NCBI GenBank assembly: GCA_963719515.1
Contig: CAVRCJ010000006.1
Location: forward strand, 64,001 to 128,000
Direction: 5' to 3'
DNA from: an uncultured cyanobacterium
Lineage (GTDB): Bacteria; Cyanobacteriota; Cyanobacteriia; CAKZMO01
DNA length: 64,000 nucleotides
In this document: piece after piece, positions 52,198 through 60,965 of the stretch
Layout: each line of letters starts with the position of its first letter
How positions within the stretch are numbered: the stretch's first letter is position 1
Translations under genes and position numbers: made by a program
The notes under the pieces: model-generated
The model's input: only the letters and a program-made list of their open reading frames with translations
What the model was told of the DNA's origin: nothing
Database searches by the model: none

Positions 52198-53769
52198 ATG
52201 GACGCCATAGACCCAAATAGCGTCTACGCAGACGCCTACCGACAGTATCTTCAGAACAACCAAGCGCTACATCAGGTTGATGGGGTGGTGAATCAAGCGC
52301 TGCAAAATACGCTTTGGGAAGACCCCAAAACAGATCGAGACTACCGCAACGCTGCGGTAGTAGCTTTAGTTATCGCCGAGAGTTCAGAAGATGCCCAACG
52401 CAGCCTCTATCTCAACGGGGCTCTAGAGGCGCTGCAGTCTACCCGTGACCCGATCTGTGCCGCTCACCGCTGCCTGCTTGCGGTGCTGCTGGGCGAGCCT
52501 AAGACTGTACAGCAGGCGCTTTCAACCCTGCTATCGCTGGCGGCGGCGGACCTCAGCGAGACCCTGCCATTGGGATTGGTCTACGTTCCGCCTACCCGGC
52601 CCCCTGCGCTCCGTTCAGATCTGCTGCTAACGCTTTGGCAGGCCCGCAACCCCCAGCACCAAGCGCTGCTGCTGACGGTGGAGGCTCTAAGGCGATCGCC
52701 CCTTGTTTTCTACAACGCTCAAGGGCTGAGATTTTTGCAGCTGGCAGTGGCGCACTATCCCCAGGTGGCGGTTCTCCAGCTGCAGCTAGGCGTTGCAATG
52801 CTGTTTAGCGGGCGTGTAGAGGGGATGGTCAATCTTCATGAGGCTCAAACCCTGGCCTCCCAGGGCGCTTGTAGTGCAAGTGCCGCCATGTACCAGGCGC
52901 TGCACTTGGCCTACCGCCCGCTATCGGAGCCACAGGCGAATCGTTGGCACCGTCAAGCGATCGCTGCTGCCCAAGGCGGGGCCGCTTGGCGGTGGACCCG
53001 CCTGCCCCCAGATAGTCCCATAACTTACATCCCGTTTGACGGATTGACCCTGGCGGTGGAGGCCAACTTGCGCAGCATCGTCACCAGCGTTTTGCTGACG
53101 GAGGGCACGTGGTTCGAGGCCGAGCTAGCGCTGTGGCAGCAGCACATCCAGCCGGGTATGGTAGTCATTGACGTGGGTGCAAACGTAGGGGTGTATACCT
53201 TTAGCGCGGCGGTGCGAGTGGGTCGTAGTGGCCGGGTGTTTGCCGTAGAGCCGTTTGCGGGCTGTGTGCAGTGCCTGGAGGAGACCTGCCGCGTCAATGC
53301 CTTAGACTGGGTGACGGTCTGTGCCGCTGCGGCGAGCGATCGCCCCGGATCGGCTCAGCTCTCCCTGAACGCTTCTAGTGAGTTAAATGAGCTAGTTACT
53401 GGCCCTACCGACCCCGCTGGCCCTGCTGTCGATAAGTCGACAACCGTCTCCTGCATCACCTTAGATAGCCTTGTGGACGAGCATGGTCTAGAGCGAGTGG
53501 ACTGGATCAAGATCGATGCGGAAGGGCACGAGCTGTCTGTACTGCAAGGGGCGACGTCGCTGCTGCAGCGATTTAGGCCTCGTGTTCTCTACGAAAACGT
53601 GGCGGCGGCACAGGGGGCAAATCTAGAGGTGAGCCGCTGGCTGCAGCAGGCGGGCTACCGGCTACATCGCTACCGTCCCTATGCAAAGGAGCTAGAGCCA
53701 GTGGAGAACCTAACGGGAACCCAGGGCGTGCTCAATCTCGTTGCCATACCTGCGCCCCATCGCTCTTGA
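52198..53769 (+). CDS. FkbM-family methyltransferase with an N-terminal helical/TPR-like region
   Basis: VIDVGANVGVY, FAVEP and IKIDAEGHELSVLQG motifs. Confidence 0.9.
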   Translation: MDAIDPNSVYADAYRQYLQNNQALHQVDGVVNQALQNTLWEDPKTDRDYRNAAVVALVIAESSEDAQRSLYLNGALEALQSTRDPICAAHRCLLAVLLGEPKTVQQALSTLLSLAAADLSETLPLGLVYVPPTRPPALRSDLLLTLWQARNPQHQALLLTVEALRRSPLVFYNAQGLRFLQLAVAHYPQVAVLQLQLGVAMLFSGRVEGMVNLHEAQTLASQGACSASAAMYQALHLAYRPLSEPQANRWHRQAIAAAQGGAAWRWTRLPPDSPITYIPFDGLTLAVEANLRSIVTSVLLTEGTWFEAELALWQQHIQPGMVVIDVGANVGVYTFSAAVRVGRSGRVFAVEPFAGCVQCLEETCRVNALDWVTVCAAAASDRPGSAQLSLNASSELNELVTGPTDPAGPAVDKSTTVSCITLDSLVDEHGLERVDWIKIDAEGHELSVLQGATSLLQRFRPRVLYENVAAAQGANLEVSRWLQQAGYRLHRYRPYAKELEPVENLTGTQGVLNLVAIPAPHRS

Positions 53770-53804
53770 CATAAATCTTCAACGACTTTTTACCTAACCT
53801 CACT

Positions 53805-54782
53805 ATGCCGCTTTTTCTCAAGGCTCTGAAGGAGCACGGTCACCTCGACTCAGTGCAAATTGTCATCGCTTGCGTCGGCTCGCGTAAGCTAGGGGGTCGC
53901 GATGATTTGGGAGCAAGCTGGCAATTTTTTGCTCCCAACTTGACTATCTACGGGTTCGACGCCGACGCCGATGCCTGCGACGCCGCTAACCGAAGCCTAG
54001 CTGAGCGGCGGGTTCCCTGGAGCGAAGTCCATATTCCCCTGGCTCTATCCGACACCGTTGGGGACTCTACTCTTTATGTCACCCAGCACCCCATGTGCAG
54101 TTCACTGTTCCCGCCTAACGAGGCGCTGCTGAGCCGCTTCGCCCACCTGCCTGAGCTAGTGAATCTAGATTTTACAGTAGAGATGGAGACCACAACCCTC
54201 GACCAGTTTTGCCAGCAGGAGCAGATAGCAAGCGTTGACTTTCTGCAAATGGATGTCCAAGGGGCCGAGCTACTGGTCCTGGAGGGCGCTACGGCCCTGC
54301 TGCCAACGGTGCTGGGGCTGCAGACAGAAGTATCGTTCTCACCGCTCTATCAAAACCAACCCCTGTTTGCTGATGTTGACTCCTACCTGCGGCAGCGGCA
54401 GTTTGACTTCTTCAACTTCGAGTTTCTCGGCACTCCCGGCGTGCGGCGGCGATCGCCCGTGCAGTCCACCTCACGTGGTGGGCAGCTGCTGTGGGCTGAC
54501 GCCATCTATCTCCGAGATTTGCCTTTGTCTACGGCACCCTCGCCCGCTGAGCTAGGGCAGCGGCTTAAGCTGGCCTGCATTGCAGACGCTCTAGAGTTCT
54601 CTGACTACGCTTTAGAGCTGCTAGTCGAGCTAACGGTGAAGACGAACCACAATTACGCTGACAGCATTCTTCAAGGGTTAGCCACCCTTCCCGCTTTGGC
54701 TCGCTTTGGACTGGCTAAACTACCCGTAGTGCAGCAGATTCGAGACTATCTCAGCGACGATGCCCGCGCTACCTTGAGCTAA
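53805..54782 (+). CDS. FkbM-family methyltransferase
   Basis: TTLD..VDFLQMDVQGAELLVLEG, QTEV.F.PLY..QPLF.DVD and LLWADAIY motifs. Confidence 0.88.
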   Translation: MPLFLKALKEHGHLDSVQIVIACVGSRKLGGRDDLGASWQFFAPNLTIYGFDADADACDAANRSLAERRVPWSEVHIPLALSDTVGDSTLYVTQHPMCSSLFPPNEALLSRFAHLPELVNLDFTVEMETTTLDQFCQQEQIASVDFLQMDVQGAELLVLEGATALLPTVLGLQTEVSFSPLYQNQPLFADVDSYLRQRQFDFFNFEFLGTPGVRRRSPVQSTSRGGQLLWADAIYLRDLPLSTAPSPAELGQRLKLACIADALEFSDYALELLVELTVKTNHNYADSILQGLATLPALARFGLAKLPVVQQIRDYLSDDARATLS

Positions 54783-56964
54783 CACGCCGTTCCCACATCT
54801 GCTGGTATGCCTGTTCCATATCTCGGGCGAACTGACGCCCGTTCCATAAGGGCGCGGTGCGACGACCCTGCCACAGCTTCCAGGTAACCTGCTGTCGCAG
54901 GGCGGGATCCTGGCCCAAGCGGATGCCCCACGCTATATATTCGTCGTCAGTCCAGGCGATTCCCTCGGTGATGCCTGCGTTTCGCATCATGGTGTAGCTG
55001 TTGCGGCTTGAGAAGGTTTCCCCGACGCGGGTCACCAATGGAATTCCCACCCACAGAGTTTCCAAAGTGGTGGTGGCTCCGTTGTAGGGGTAGGTGTCAA
55101 GTACCACATCTGCCAAAGCCAGATTGGCCCGGTGAGAGGCTTCGCTGGGGGTACGGGGCAAAAATCGCAGTCGCTCGGCGGCCACTCCTTCCTCATGGGC
55201 AATCTGCGTAAAAAAGTCTTGAACCGAGCGATCGCCTGCACCCTTGATCATGAAATAGCTGTCGGGTACCTGAGCCAGTATGCGCATCTGCAGCCGCACC
55301 GTTTGGGGATGGCGCTTGTAGCCCCGCTGACCGCTGAAGTAGACCACAGCGGCGTCAGGAATATCCACGTCCTGTCGCCGCAAATCGGGGACCGCCACCT
55401 CAAAGCCGTCCACCGCCACGTAGGTGTGCGGCAAGCGCCACAGAGTCTCCTGGTAGTGGGACTCTGCCCACTCCGGCAGCACGTAGGGGTCGGCGATGAA
55501 GTAATCTACCGCCGGGATGCCCGATGCGTCCCAGCCTAGCCAGGTCACCTGAACCGGCGCAGGCTTGAGGGCCATCACCTCGCAGGTGGTGTCGAGGGTG
55601 ATGCTGTCGAGATCGACCAAAATATCAATGCCATCGTCATAGATGCCGTCGGCGATTAAAGGCGCTTTAGTGCCTAGCTGTCTAACCTGGTCTGAATGGG
55701 CCACAAACCAGTCCCGCAGGGTATCCGGTTTTTCTGAACGGTAGTCAACCAGATAGCTGTAAAGGGCGACCTGTTCGCGGTCATGGTGTCTGTAGAGCCA
55801 GCGGGCGAGCCAACCCACGGAGTGACGCCGCAAACAGCTCGATATGTAGCCAACTTTGAGTGGGCGTCGGGAGGCGCTAGCAGGGGCAAATTGATAGCGC
55901 TGTATCCGATCGCTACAGTGCTGCTGTAGCTGAGTCTGGGCAATCGCGGCTACCTGGTTTTGCAAAGCTCGATTTGCCGCTAGATCATCCCGTAGGTAAG
56001 GCTGGAAGAAAGGCGCGGTAAACAGCCAGCGGGCCAGCACGGGCGGAACGTTCTCCGGGGGATGGGCTACCAGCCGTTGCAGCAGCTCTAAATGGCGCTC
56101 AAAGACCTGATAAATCTTCGCCCAGTCGCTGCCCACGGTCATCAGCCCCCGCAGCAGGACGTGATTCGCCGAAACTTGGCTGAGGAGCGATGGGGCAATG
56201 TCAAAGCAGTGCTGGGCTACGGCGATCGCTTCGCTGTACTGCCCCGCATCTTGATGAAAGCAGGAGAGGTGCTGCAAGATTGAGGGGTTGTCTGGAATCA
56301 GCCGCTGTACTTGCTTGAGCAGAGCTGCCGCCATAGCGGGGCGATGCTCATGGTAGGCGACGTGCTTGGCTTGGTCGATGAAGACATGGGCGGGGGGTGA
56401 CTCGACTTGAAAGTGGGAGTAAGAGATCTGAACCAGCCTATCGGTGGCTGTACCGACAGCGTAACGGCTTAGAATATCGGCTAGCGTCTGGGCCAAGAGG
56501 GGTAGTGAGACGGCGGACGGTTGGGCTTGCTCCAATAGCGACAAGACGTGCCATTCATCCAAAGACTCAGGTTCAAATTGCCCTAGCCGTGACGATAGCA
56601 GCAGCAGCAGCAGCAAATTGCCGAGGTTTGTGGGATCAAGCTCGCGCATGTGCTGACGAATGCCCCAGGCTCGGGAATAGGCTTTTATGAGCTGCTGACG
56701 CTCGGCCTCCGTATCTAGGATAACCAACAGTTCTTGGGTCCAGACCTCAATGTCTTCTTCCTTCGCACCAGCTACGGCCATGAACCAGGTCATTTGGGCT
56801 TCATCTTCTTGGCCCAGCATCAGCAGCGCCAGCCCCAAATACCAAGCGTATGATCGCGCGGCTGGATCCGCGTCGAGGGTTCGCTCGCAAAGCTCTACGA
56901 GCTGCCGCCAGCTACCCTGGGCTGCTAGCTTGAATAAGTTTAAGTCTGCTGGAGGTGCTGTCAT
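54769..56964 (-). CDS. O-linked GlcNAc transferase, SPINDLY/GT41 family (OgtA-like)
   Basis: N-terminal TPRs, LKVGYIS...HSVG, DILVDLD, KPAPVQVTWLG and LDTYPYNGATTTLETLW; directly downstream of pilA. Confidence 0.93.
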   Translation of the reverse strand: MTAPPADLNLFKLAAQGSWRQLVELCERTLDADPAARSYAWYLGLALLMLGQEDEAQMTWFMAVAGAKEEDIEVWTQELLVILDTEAERQQLIKAYSRAWGIRQHMRELDPTNLGNLLLLLLLSSRLGQFEPESLDEWHVLSLLEQAQPSAVSLPLLAQTLADILSRYAVGTATDRLVQISYSHFQVESPPAHVFIDQAKHVAYHEHRPAMAAALLKQVQRLIPDNPSILQHLSCFHQDAGQYSEAIAVAQHCFDIAPSLLSQVSANHVLLRGLMTVGSDWAKIYQVFERHLELLQRLVAHPPENVPPVLARWLFTAPFFQPYLRDDLAANRALQNQVAAIAQTQLQQHCSDRIQRYQFAPASASRRPLKVGYISSCLRRHSVGWLARWLYRHHDREQVALYSYLVDYRSEKPDTLRDWFVAHSDQVRQLGTKAPLIADGIYDDGIDILVDLDSITLDTTCEVMALKPAPVQVTWLGWDASGIPAVDYFIADPYVLPEWAESHYQETLWRLPHTYVAVDGFEVAVPDLRRQDVDIPDAAVVYFSGQRGYKRHPQTVRLQMRILAQVPDSYFMIKGAGDRSVQDFFTQIAHEEGVAAERLRFLPRTPSEASHRANLALADVVLDTYPYNGATTTLETLWVGIPLVTRVGETFSSRNSYTMMRNAGITEGIAWTDDEYIAWGIRLGQDPALRQQVTWKLWQGRRTAPLWNGRQFARDMEQAYQQMWERRVSSR

Positions 56965-57069
56965 GGACAAAATGCTGCTAAACGAAAGCAGCGGACAGAT
57001 TGCTCTATCCGCTACTCTACCGTTTTGGAACAAGGTGAGATGTCTTGTCTCCGCTTTAGGCCTTAAAGT

Positions 57070-57624
57070 CTAGTTAATAGCGTCGTAGGTGTCTGGGCAA
57101 GTTGGCGCTTCGGTGAGAGAGAAGTTAGCATCATCTTCACCGGTAGGACCATCAGCCACTTCAGGGTTGATAGCTTCACACAAGGTGGCGTAAGTTGTGG
57201 CCTCACCACCGGTTTCAACCGTTCCAACGCTGGTACCACCGATGTATGCCCTGAAGGCCGCAGTGGTGCCTTCAGGCTGCGCTTGGTTAGTTACTGAGGT
57301 ACTGTCCTCACCGCCACCGGATATGGAATAGTTGTAGTTTTCGGTGTCGTCATCGAGACCCAGACCTAGACCGGTAATAGTATCAGAGAACTCTTGCTCC
57401 TCTAGGTAGTAAGCCTGCTGACCCCGGTTCATGGTGCCGACGTAGGTCTTAGCTTCAGATTCACGGGCGCGGTTGGCCTGGTTGAGGAAGCTCGGCAGGG
57501 CGATCGCCGCCAGAATACCAATAATAATGATGACGACGAGCAGCTCAATCAGCGTGAAGCCTTCGTCCTGCTGCTTCTTGGCGAGCAAATGGCGAAGGAA
57601 TTTGGCCTGTAGTTCAGATTTCAT
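57070..57624 (-). CDS. pilA: Type IV major pilin
   Basis: Prepilin site EG|FTLIELLVVIIIIGILAAIALP, RGQQAYYLE and a C-terminal Cys pair. Confidence 0.95.
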   Translation of the reverse strand: MKSELQAKFLRHLLAKKQQDEGFTLIELLVVIIIIGILAAIALPSFLNQANRARESEAKTYVGTMNRGQQAYYLEEQEFSDTITGLGLGLDDDTENYNYSISGGGEDSTSVTNQAQPEGTTAAFRAYIGGTSVGTVETGGEATTYATLCEAINPEVADGPTGEDDANFSLTEAPTCPDTYDAIN

Positions 57625-57746
57625 AGCGTTGATCTCCTTGAACGGGCTCGAACCATTAGCAGTTCGGCTTTATCTGGGTACTAACTTTCCCACTTGCCTT
57701 TCGTTTGCGATCATCTATTTTGGATAAATCCGGGAACATTTGTGTC

Positions 57747-57755
57747 AACTTACCG
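57747..57755 (-). promoter_or_regulatory. Putative SigF-type promoter element of pilA
   Basis: Minus strand CGGTAAGTT about 125 bp upstream of pilA, resembling the GGTAAG element of SigF-dependent cyanobacterial pilA promoters. Confidence 0.5.
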
Positions 57756-57904
57756 TAGATGCAGGCTCTCAGCGCTTGACAACCCAGTGCTCACCCAGGC
57801 TAGAGTGTGACGTAAGCTACAGCAGCAATGGTCTAGGTTCCCGGATAGTAGCTAAATACCAGCTAGCAGACGGGCTTTAGCTACTAGACAGGAAGCCCCG
57901 CGCT

Positions 57905-58087
57905 CTACCCGTCAGGGTGAGCGTCGGGATGAGAGTCGCGGTCGTCGATGGGGCTCAATGCCCCGGAGACGGCCAAACTTCGGATGTACTCCCTAAGGAC
58001 ATCGTTGATAGTTCTTTCGGTCATCTCACAATACTTGTCAAGATGCTGCTTTTCTCTGTCAGCGGCTCTAATAGTTATTTGCTGCAT
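57905..58087 (-). CDS. Small ribbon-helix-helix (CopG-like) DNA-binding protein
   Basis: MQQITIRAADREKQHLDKYCEMTERTINDVLREYIRSL follows a strand-helix-helix pattern; divergent from tnpB. Confidence 0.75.
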   Translation of the reverse strand: MQQITIRAADREKQHLDKYCEMTERTINDVLREYIRSLAVSGALSPIDDRDSHPDAHPDG

Positions 58088-58120
58088 GTCGTTCTGATGT
58101 CAATATGCTATCATTATTGC

Positions 58121-59317
58121 ATGAAAGTCACTTATCAGTACAAGTTGCGTCCAGCGGCTGAGCAAACGGTTACCATGACCCGATGGCTAGATATGCTTCG
58201 GGCACAGTACAACTGGTTGCTGGCTGAGCGCTTCGACTGGTGGGAGATGAACCGCTGTTCGGTCAACGCCTGCCCACTCACCTGTAGCCTTGCGCCACTC
58301 AAAGATAATCCTAATTACTACAGCCAGAAGGCTAGCCTAGTGCCTCTCAAGCGAGAGCGACCCTGGTACAAGGATTTGCACTCACAAGCGCTTCAGGAGG
58401 TGACGAAGCAGGTAAAGCAGACGTTCGAGCGTTTCATCAAAGGTGATAAAAACGGTAAGCGTAGCGGCAAGCCTCGGTTCAAAGGCGCGGGGCGCTACAG
58501 GACGTTCACGTTCCCGCAGATGAAACCTGACTGCATCGATGGAAGTCGTATTACCCTGCCTAAGATTGGCCAGGTGAAGCTAATCCTTCATCGCCCGATA
58601 CCTGATGGGTTTACTGTCAAAACGGCCAAGGTGACTCGCAAAGCAGATGGTTGGTATGTGAGCCTGTTACTGGAAAACAATGCCGTTCCGATGCTTACTC
58701 CGGATGTCGATAGGGCTAAGTCTGTCGGTGTTGACGTTGGGCTGAAGGATTTCTTGGTTACCAGTGACGGTGAGAGCGTTCCTATCCCTCAGTTCTTTCG
58801 ACGCTCAGAGCGGCAGCTATCCAAGCTGCAGCGGCAGCTATCGAGACAGAAGAAGGGCTCTAACCGCTGGCGTAAGCAGGTGAATCGCATCGCCAAACTA
58901 CACCTAAAGATATCGCGTCAGCGTCGTGATTTCTTTTCTAAGGTGTGGGATTGGCTGTTCTCAAAGTACGATGTTGTCGCTCATGAAAAGCTCAACATCA
59001 AAGGACTTGCTCGAACCAGACTGGCAAAGTCAATCGCTGATGCCGCATGGGGTACATTCTTGGAGATAGGCTCTTTCAAAGCCGCGAAAGCTGGAAAGAT
59101 GACCATCGCTGAGAACCCACGCGGAACCAGCATTGATTGCTCGGGTTGTGGTGAGCGGGTACCAAAGACGCTGGCCGATCGGGTCCATAGTTGCCCGTCA
59201 TGCGGCTTAACGATCTGTCGCGACCACAACGCGGCTATCAACCTATTGAATAGGGCTGTGGGACATCAAGCCCTTAATCTCTCAGGAAATGTCTCAGCAG
59301 TAGCTGGGAGTCACTGA
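58121..59317 (+). CDS. tnpB: RNA-guided endonuclease TnpB (398 aa)
   Basis: N-terminal YQYKLRP, RuvC-I GVDVG, RuvC-II HEKL, zinc finger CSGC/CPSC and RuvC-III RDHNAAIN; start taken at ATG 58121. Confidence 0.95.
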   Translation: MKVTYQYKLRPAAEQTVTMTRWLDMLRAQYNWLLAERFDWWEMNRCSVNACPLTCSLAPLKDNPNYYSQKASLVPLKRERPWYKDLHSQALQEVTKQVKQTFERFIKGDKNGKRSGKPRFKGAGRYRTFTFPQMKPDCIDGSRITLPKIGQVKLILHRPIPDGFTVKTAKVTRKADGWYVSLLLENNAVPMLTPDVDRAKSVGVDVGLKDFLVTSDGESVPIPQFFRRSERQLSKLQRQLSRQKKGSNRWRKQVNRIAKLHLKISRQRRDFFSKVWDWLFSKYDVVAHEKLNIKGLARTRLAKSIADAAWGTFLEIGSFKAAKAGKMTIAENPRGTSIDCSGCGERVPKTLADRVHSCPSCGLTICRDHNAAINLLNRAVGHQALNLSGNVSAVAGSH

Positions 59318-59427
59318 GGAAGCCCGCGCTGTATGCGTAGCATCAGCGTCGGGAGGATGTCACTCATTGGCTTTAGCAGATGAATTAACGCGCAGCTCAA
59401 ACTTACTCTAAACCGGGAGATTGGACC

Positions 59428-60687
59428 CTGCTAGCGATCGACTCTTTCCCAGCCACCACCCACCACACGCCGAGCGGCCTCACCCTTATCCACCGGCACC
59501 TGCCGTTTGCCCCCGTCGTTGCAGTTGACGTCTGGGTTAATGCAGGCTCGTCAACGGAGCCGGCGACAGCGCTAGGAATGGCCCATTTTCTAGAGCACAT
59601 GATCTTTAAGGGGACCGAGCGTCTAGCGCCGGGGCAGTTCGATCAAATTATTGAGCGACACGGCGGGGCCGCAAACGCCGCCACGAGCTATGACTACGCC
59701 CACTACTTTATTCACGTCGCCCCGTCCCACCTCAGTGAATCGCTGCCGCATCTGGCCGACCTGGTAATGAACGCCGTCATTCCCGAAGGCGAGTTTGGGC
59801 GCGAGCGGGATGTGGTGCTAGAAGAGCTGCGCCAGGCTCAAGACGACCCCGACTGGATTGGGTTTCAGGCGCTAGTGAATAGCCTTTACCCCGCTCACGC
59901 CTACGGACAGCCTATTTTAGGCACAGAGGTGTCGCTGCAGCAGCAGACCGCCGAGGAGATGTGGCGCTTCCACCGCGATCGCTACCGCCCTGACAACATC
60001 ACCGTGGTGGTAGTGGGAGATGTGTCTTTACCTGAGGCTAAAGACCTCGTCGACCGCTCGTTTGTCGCCTCAGGGCCCCGCCCCAAGGTGCCGGATGTCC
60101 CTTTAGCGCAGTCCAATCTCGCCCCTAGGGTCCAGCGCCAGGAGCTGCATCTACCTCGGCTAGAGCTTTCTCGGTTGCTGATGGCCTGGCACGGGCCTGG
60201 CGTCGAATCGGTGCGCGATGCCTACGGCCTTGATCTGCTATCGGTGCTGCTGGGGGGAGGGCGCAGCTCACGGCTGGTGAGAGAGCTGCGGGAGGACCGG
60301 CAGCTGGTGCAGGCTATTGACAGCAGCTTCTCGCTGCATCGCGAGGGCAGCCTGTTTAGTATTAGCGCTTGGCTAGAGCCGCAGCATATGGCCGAGGTAG
60401 AGCGCATCATCGGCGATCGCTTGGGAGAGCTAGCCAACCGCTGCCCGGACGAATCAGAGCTGCGGCGCTGCAAGCGACTGCTGTGTAACGACTACGCCTT
60501 CTCAACCGAGACGGCGGGCCAGCTTGCAGGTCTGTACGGCTACTACAGCACCCTGGCGGCAGACGCGGCCCTCTCCACAACCTATCCGCACCATATCGAT
60601 TCATTTGGGGGGGAAGAGGTCCAGCAGCTTGCCAAAACCTACCTCTCACCGAGCCATTGCGCGGTCACGCTCCTTCAGCCTGCTTAG
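59428..60687 (+). CDS. M16 family zinc metallopeptidase (catalytic subunit); start uncertain, possibly CTG
   Basis: HFLEH zinc motif. M16 similarity continues in frame upstream of ATG 59578 (PSGLTLIH..VVAVDVWVNAGS). Confidence 0.9.
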   Translation: MLAIDSFPATTHHTPSGLTLIHRHLPFAPVVAVDVWVNAGSSTEPATALGMAHFLEHMIFKGTERLAPGQFDQIIERHGGAANAATSYDYAHYFIHVAPSHLSESLPHLADLVMNAVIPEGEFGRERDVVLEELRQAQDDPDWIGFQALVNSLYPAHAYGQPILGTEVSLQQQTAEEMWRFHRDRYRPDNITVVVVGDVSLPEAKDLVDRSFVASGPRPKVPDVPLAQSNLAPRVQRQELHLPRLELSRLLMAWHGPGVESVRDAYGLDLLSVLLGGGRSSRLVRELREDRQLVQAIDSSFSLHREGSLFSISAWLEPQHMAEVERIIGDRLGELANRCPDESELRRCKRLLCNDYAFSTETAGQLAGLYGYYSTLAADAALSTTYPHHIDSFGGEEVQQLAKTYLSPSHCAVTLLQPA

Positions 60688-60965
60688 CCCCTCTCGCTGC
60701 GGCTCGCGTCGCTAAGGGCGCTACGACAGCCTCGGCAGGTCTAGGGGGCTTGTTCTTCTAAAGCGCCGCGAACGAATCTAATACACTGTAGGCAGGGGAC
60801 CTGTATCAAGTTAGGCTACAGAAGTTTAGAGACTAGTTCACTATAAATATCTAAGAAGCAAATTTTTAAGAAACCTGATTCGGGTTGGGAAAGCCCGCTT
60901 CCGAAAAGGGTTTTGACTTAAATCGAGACGTATTGACAAATTCGTTTACCTAACCGATACCCCTA

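Larger units (their letters stand above)
57881..59363 (+). mobile_element. IS200/IS605-family element without TnpA (IS1341-like), carrying tnpB and an RHH gene
   Basis: Near-identical subterminal hairpins CCCGCGCT..AGCGTCGGG at 57897-57928 and 59323-59353. Right end finishes GATGTCAC at 59363; TTAG precedes the inferred left end. Confidence 0.85.

Noticed and set aside
57917..58120. 68-aa N-terminal extension of TnpB in the ORF track
   Set aside because: It overlaps the left-end hairpin and the antisense RHH gene; TnpB similarity starts at ATG 58121.
58121..59317. TnpB as a nuclease-dead TldR-type regulator of pilA, or as a Cas12f
   Set aside because: All RuvC catalytic residues are present, transposon ends flank the gene, there is no CRISPR array, and I found no match of the guide in the pilA promoter.
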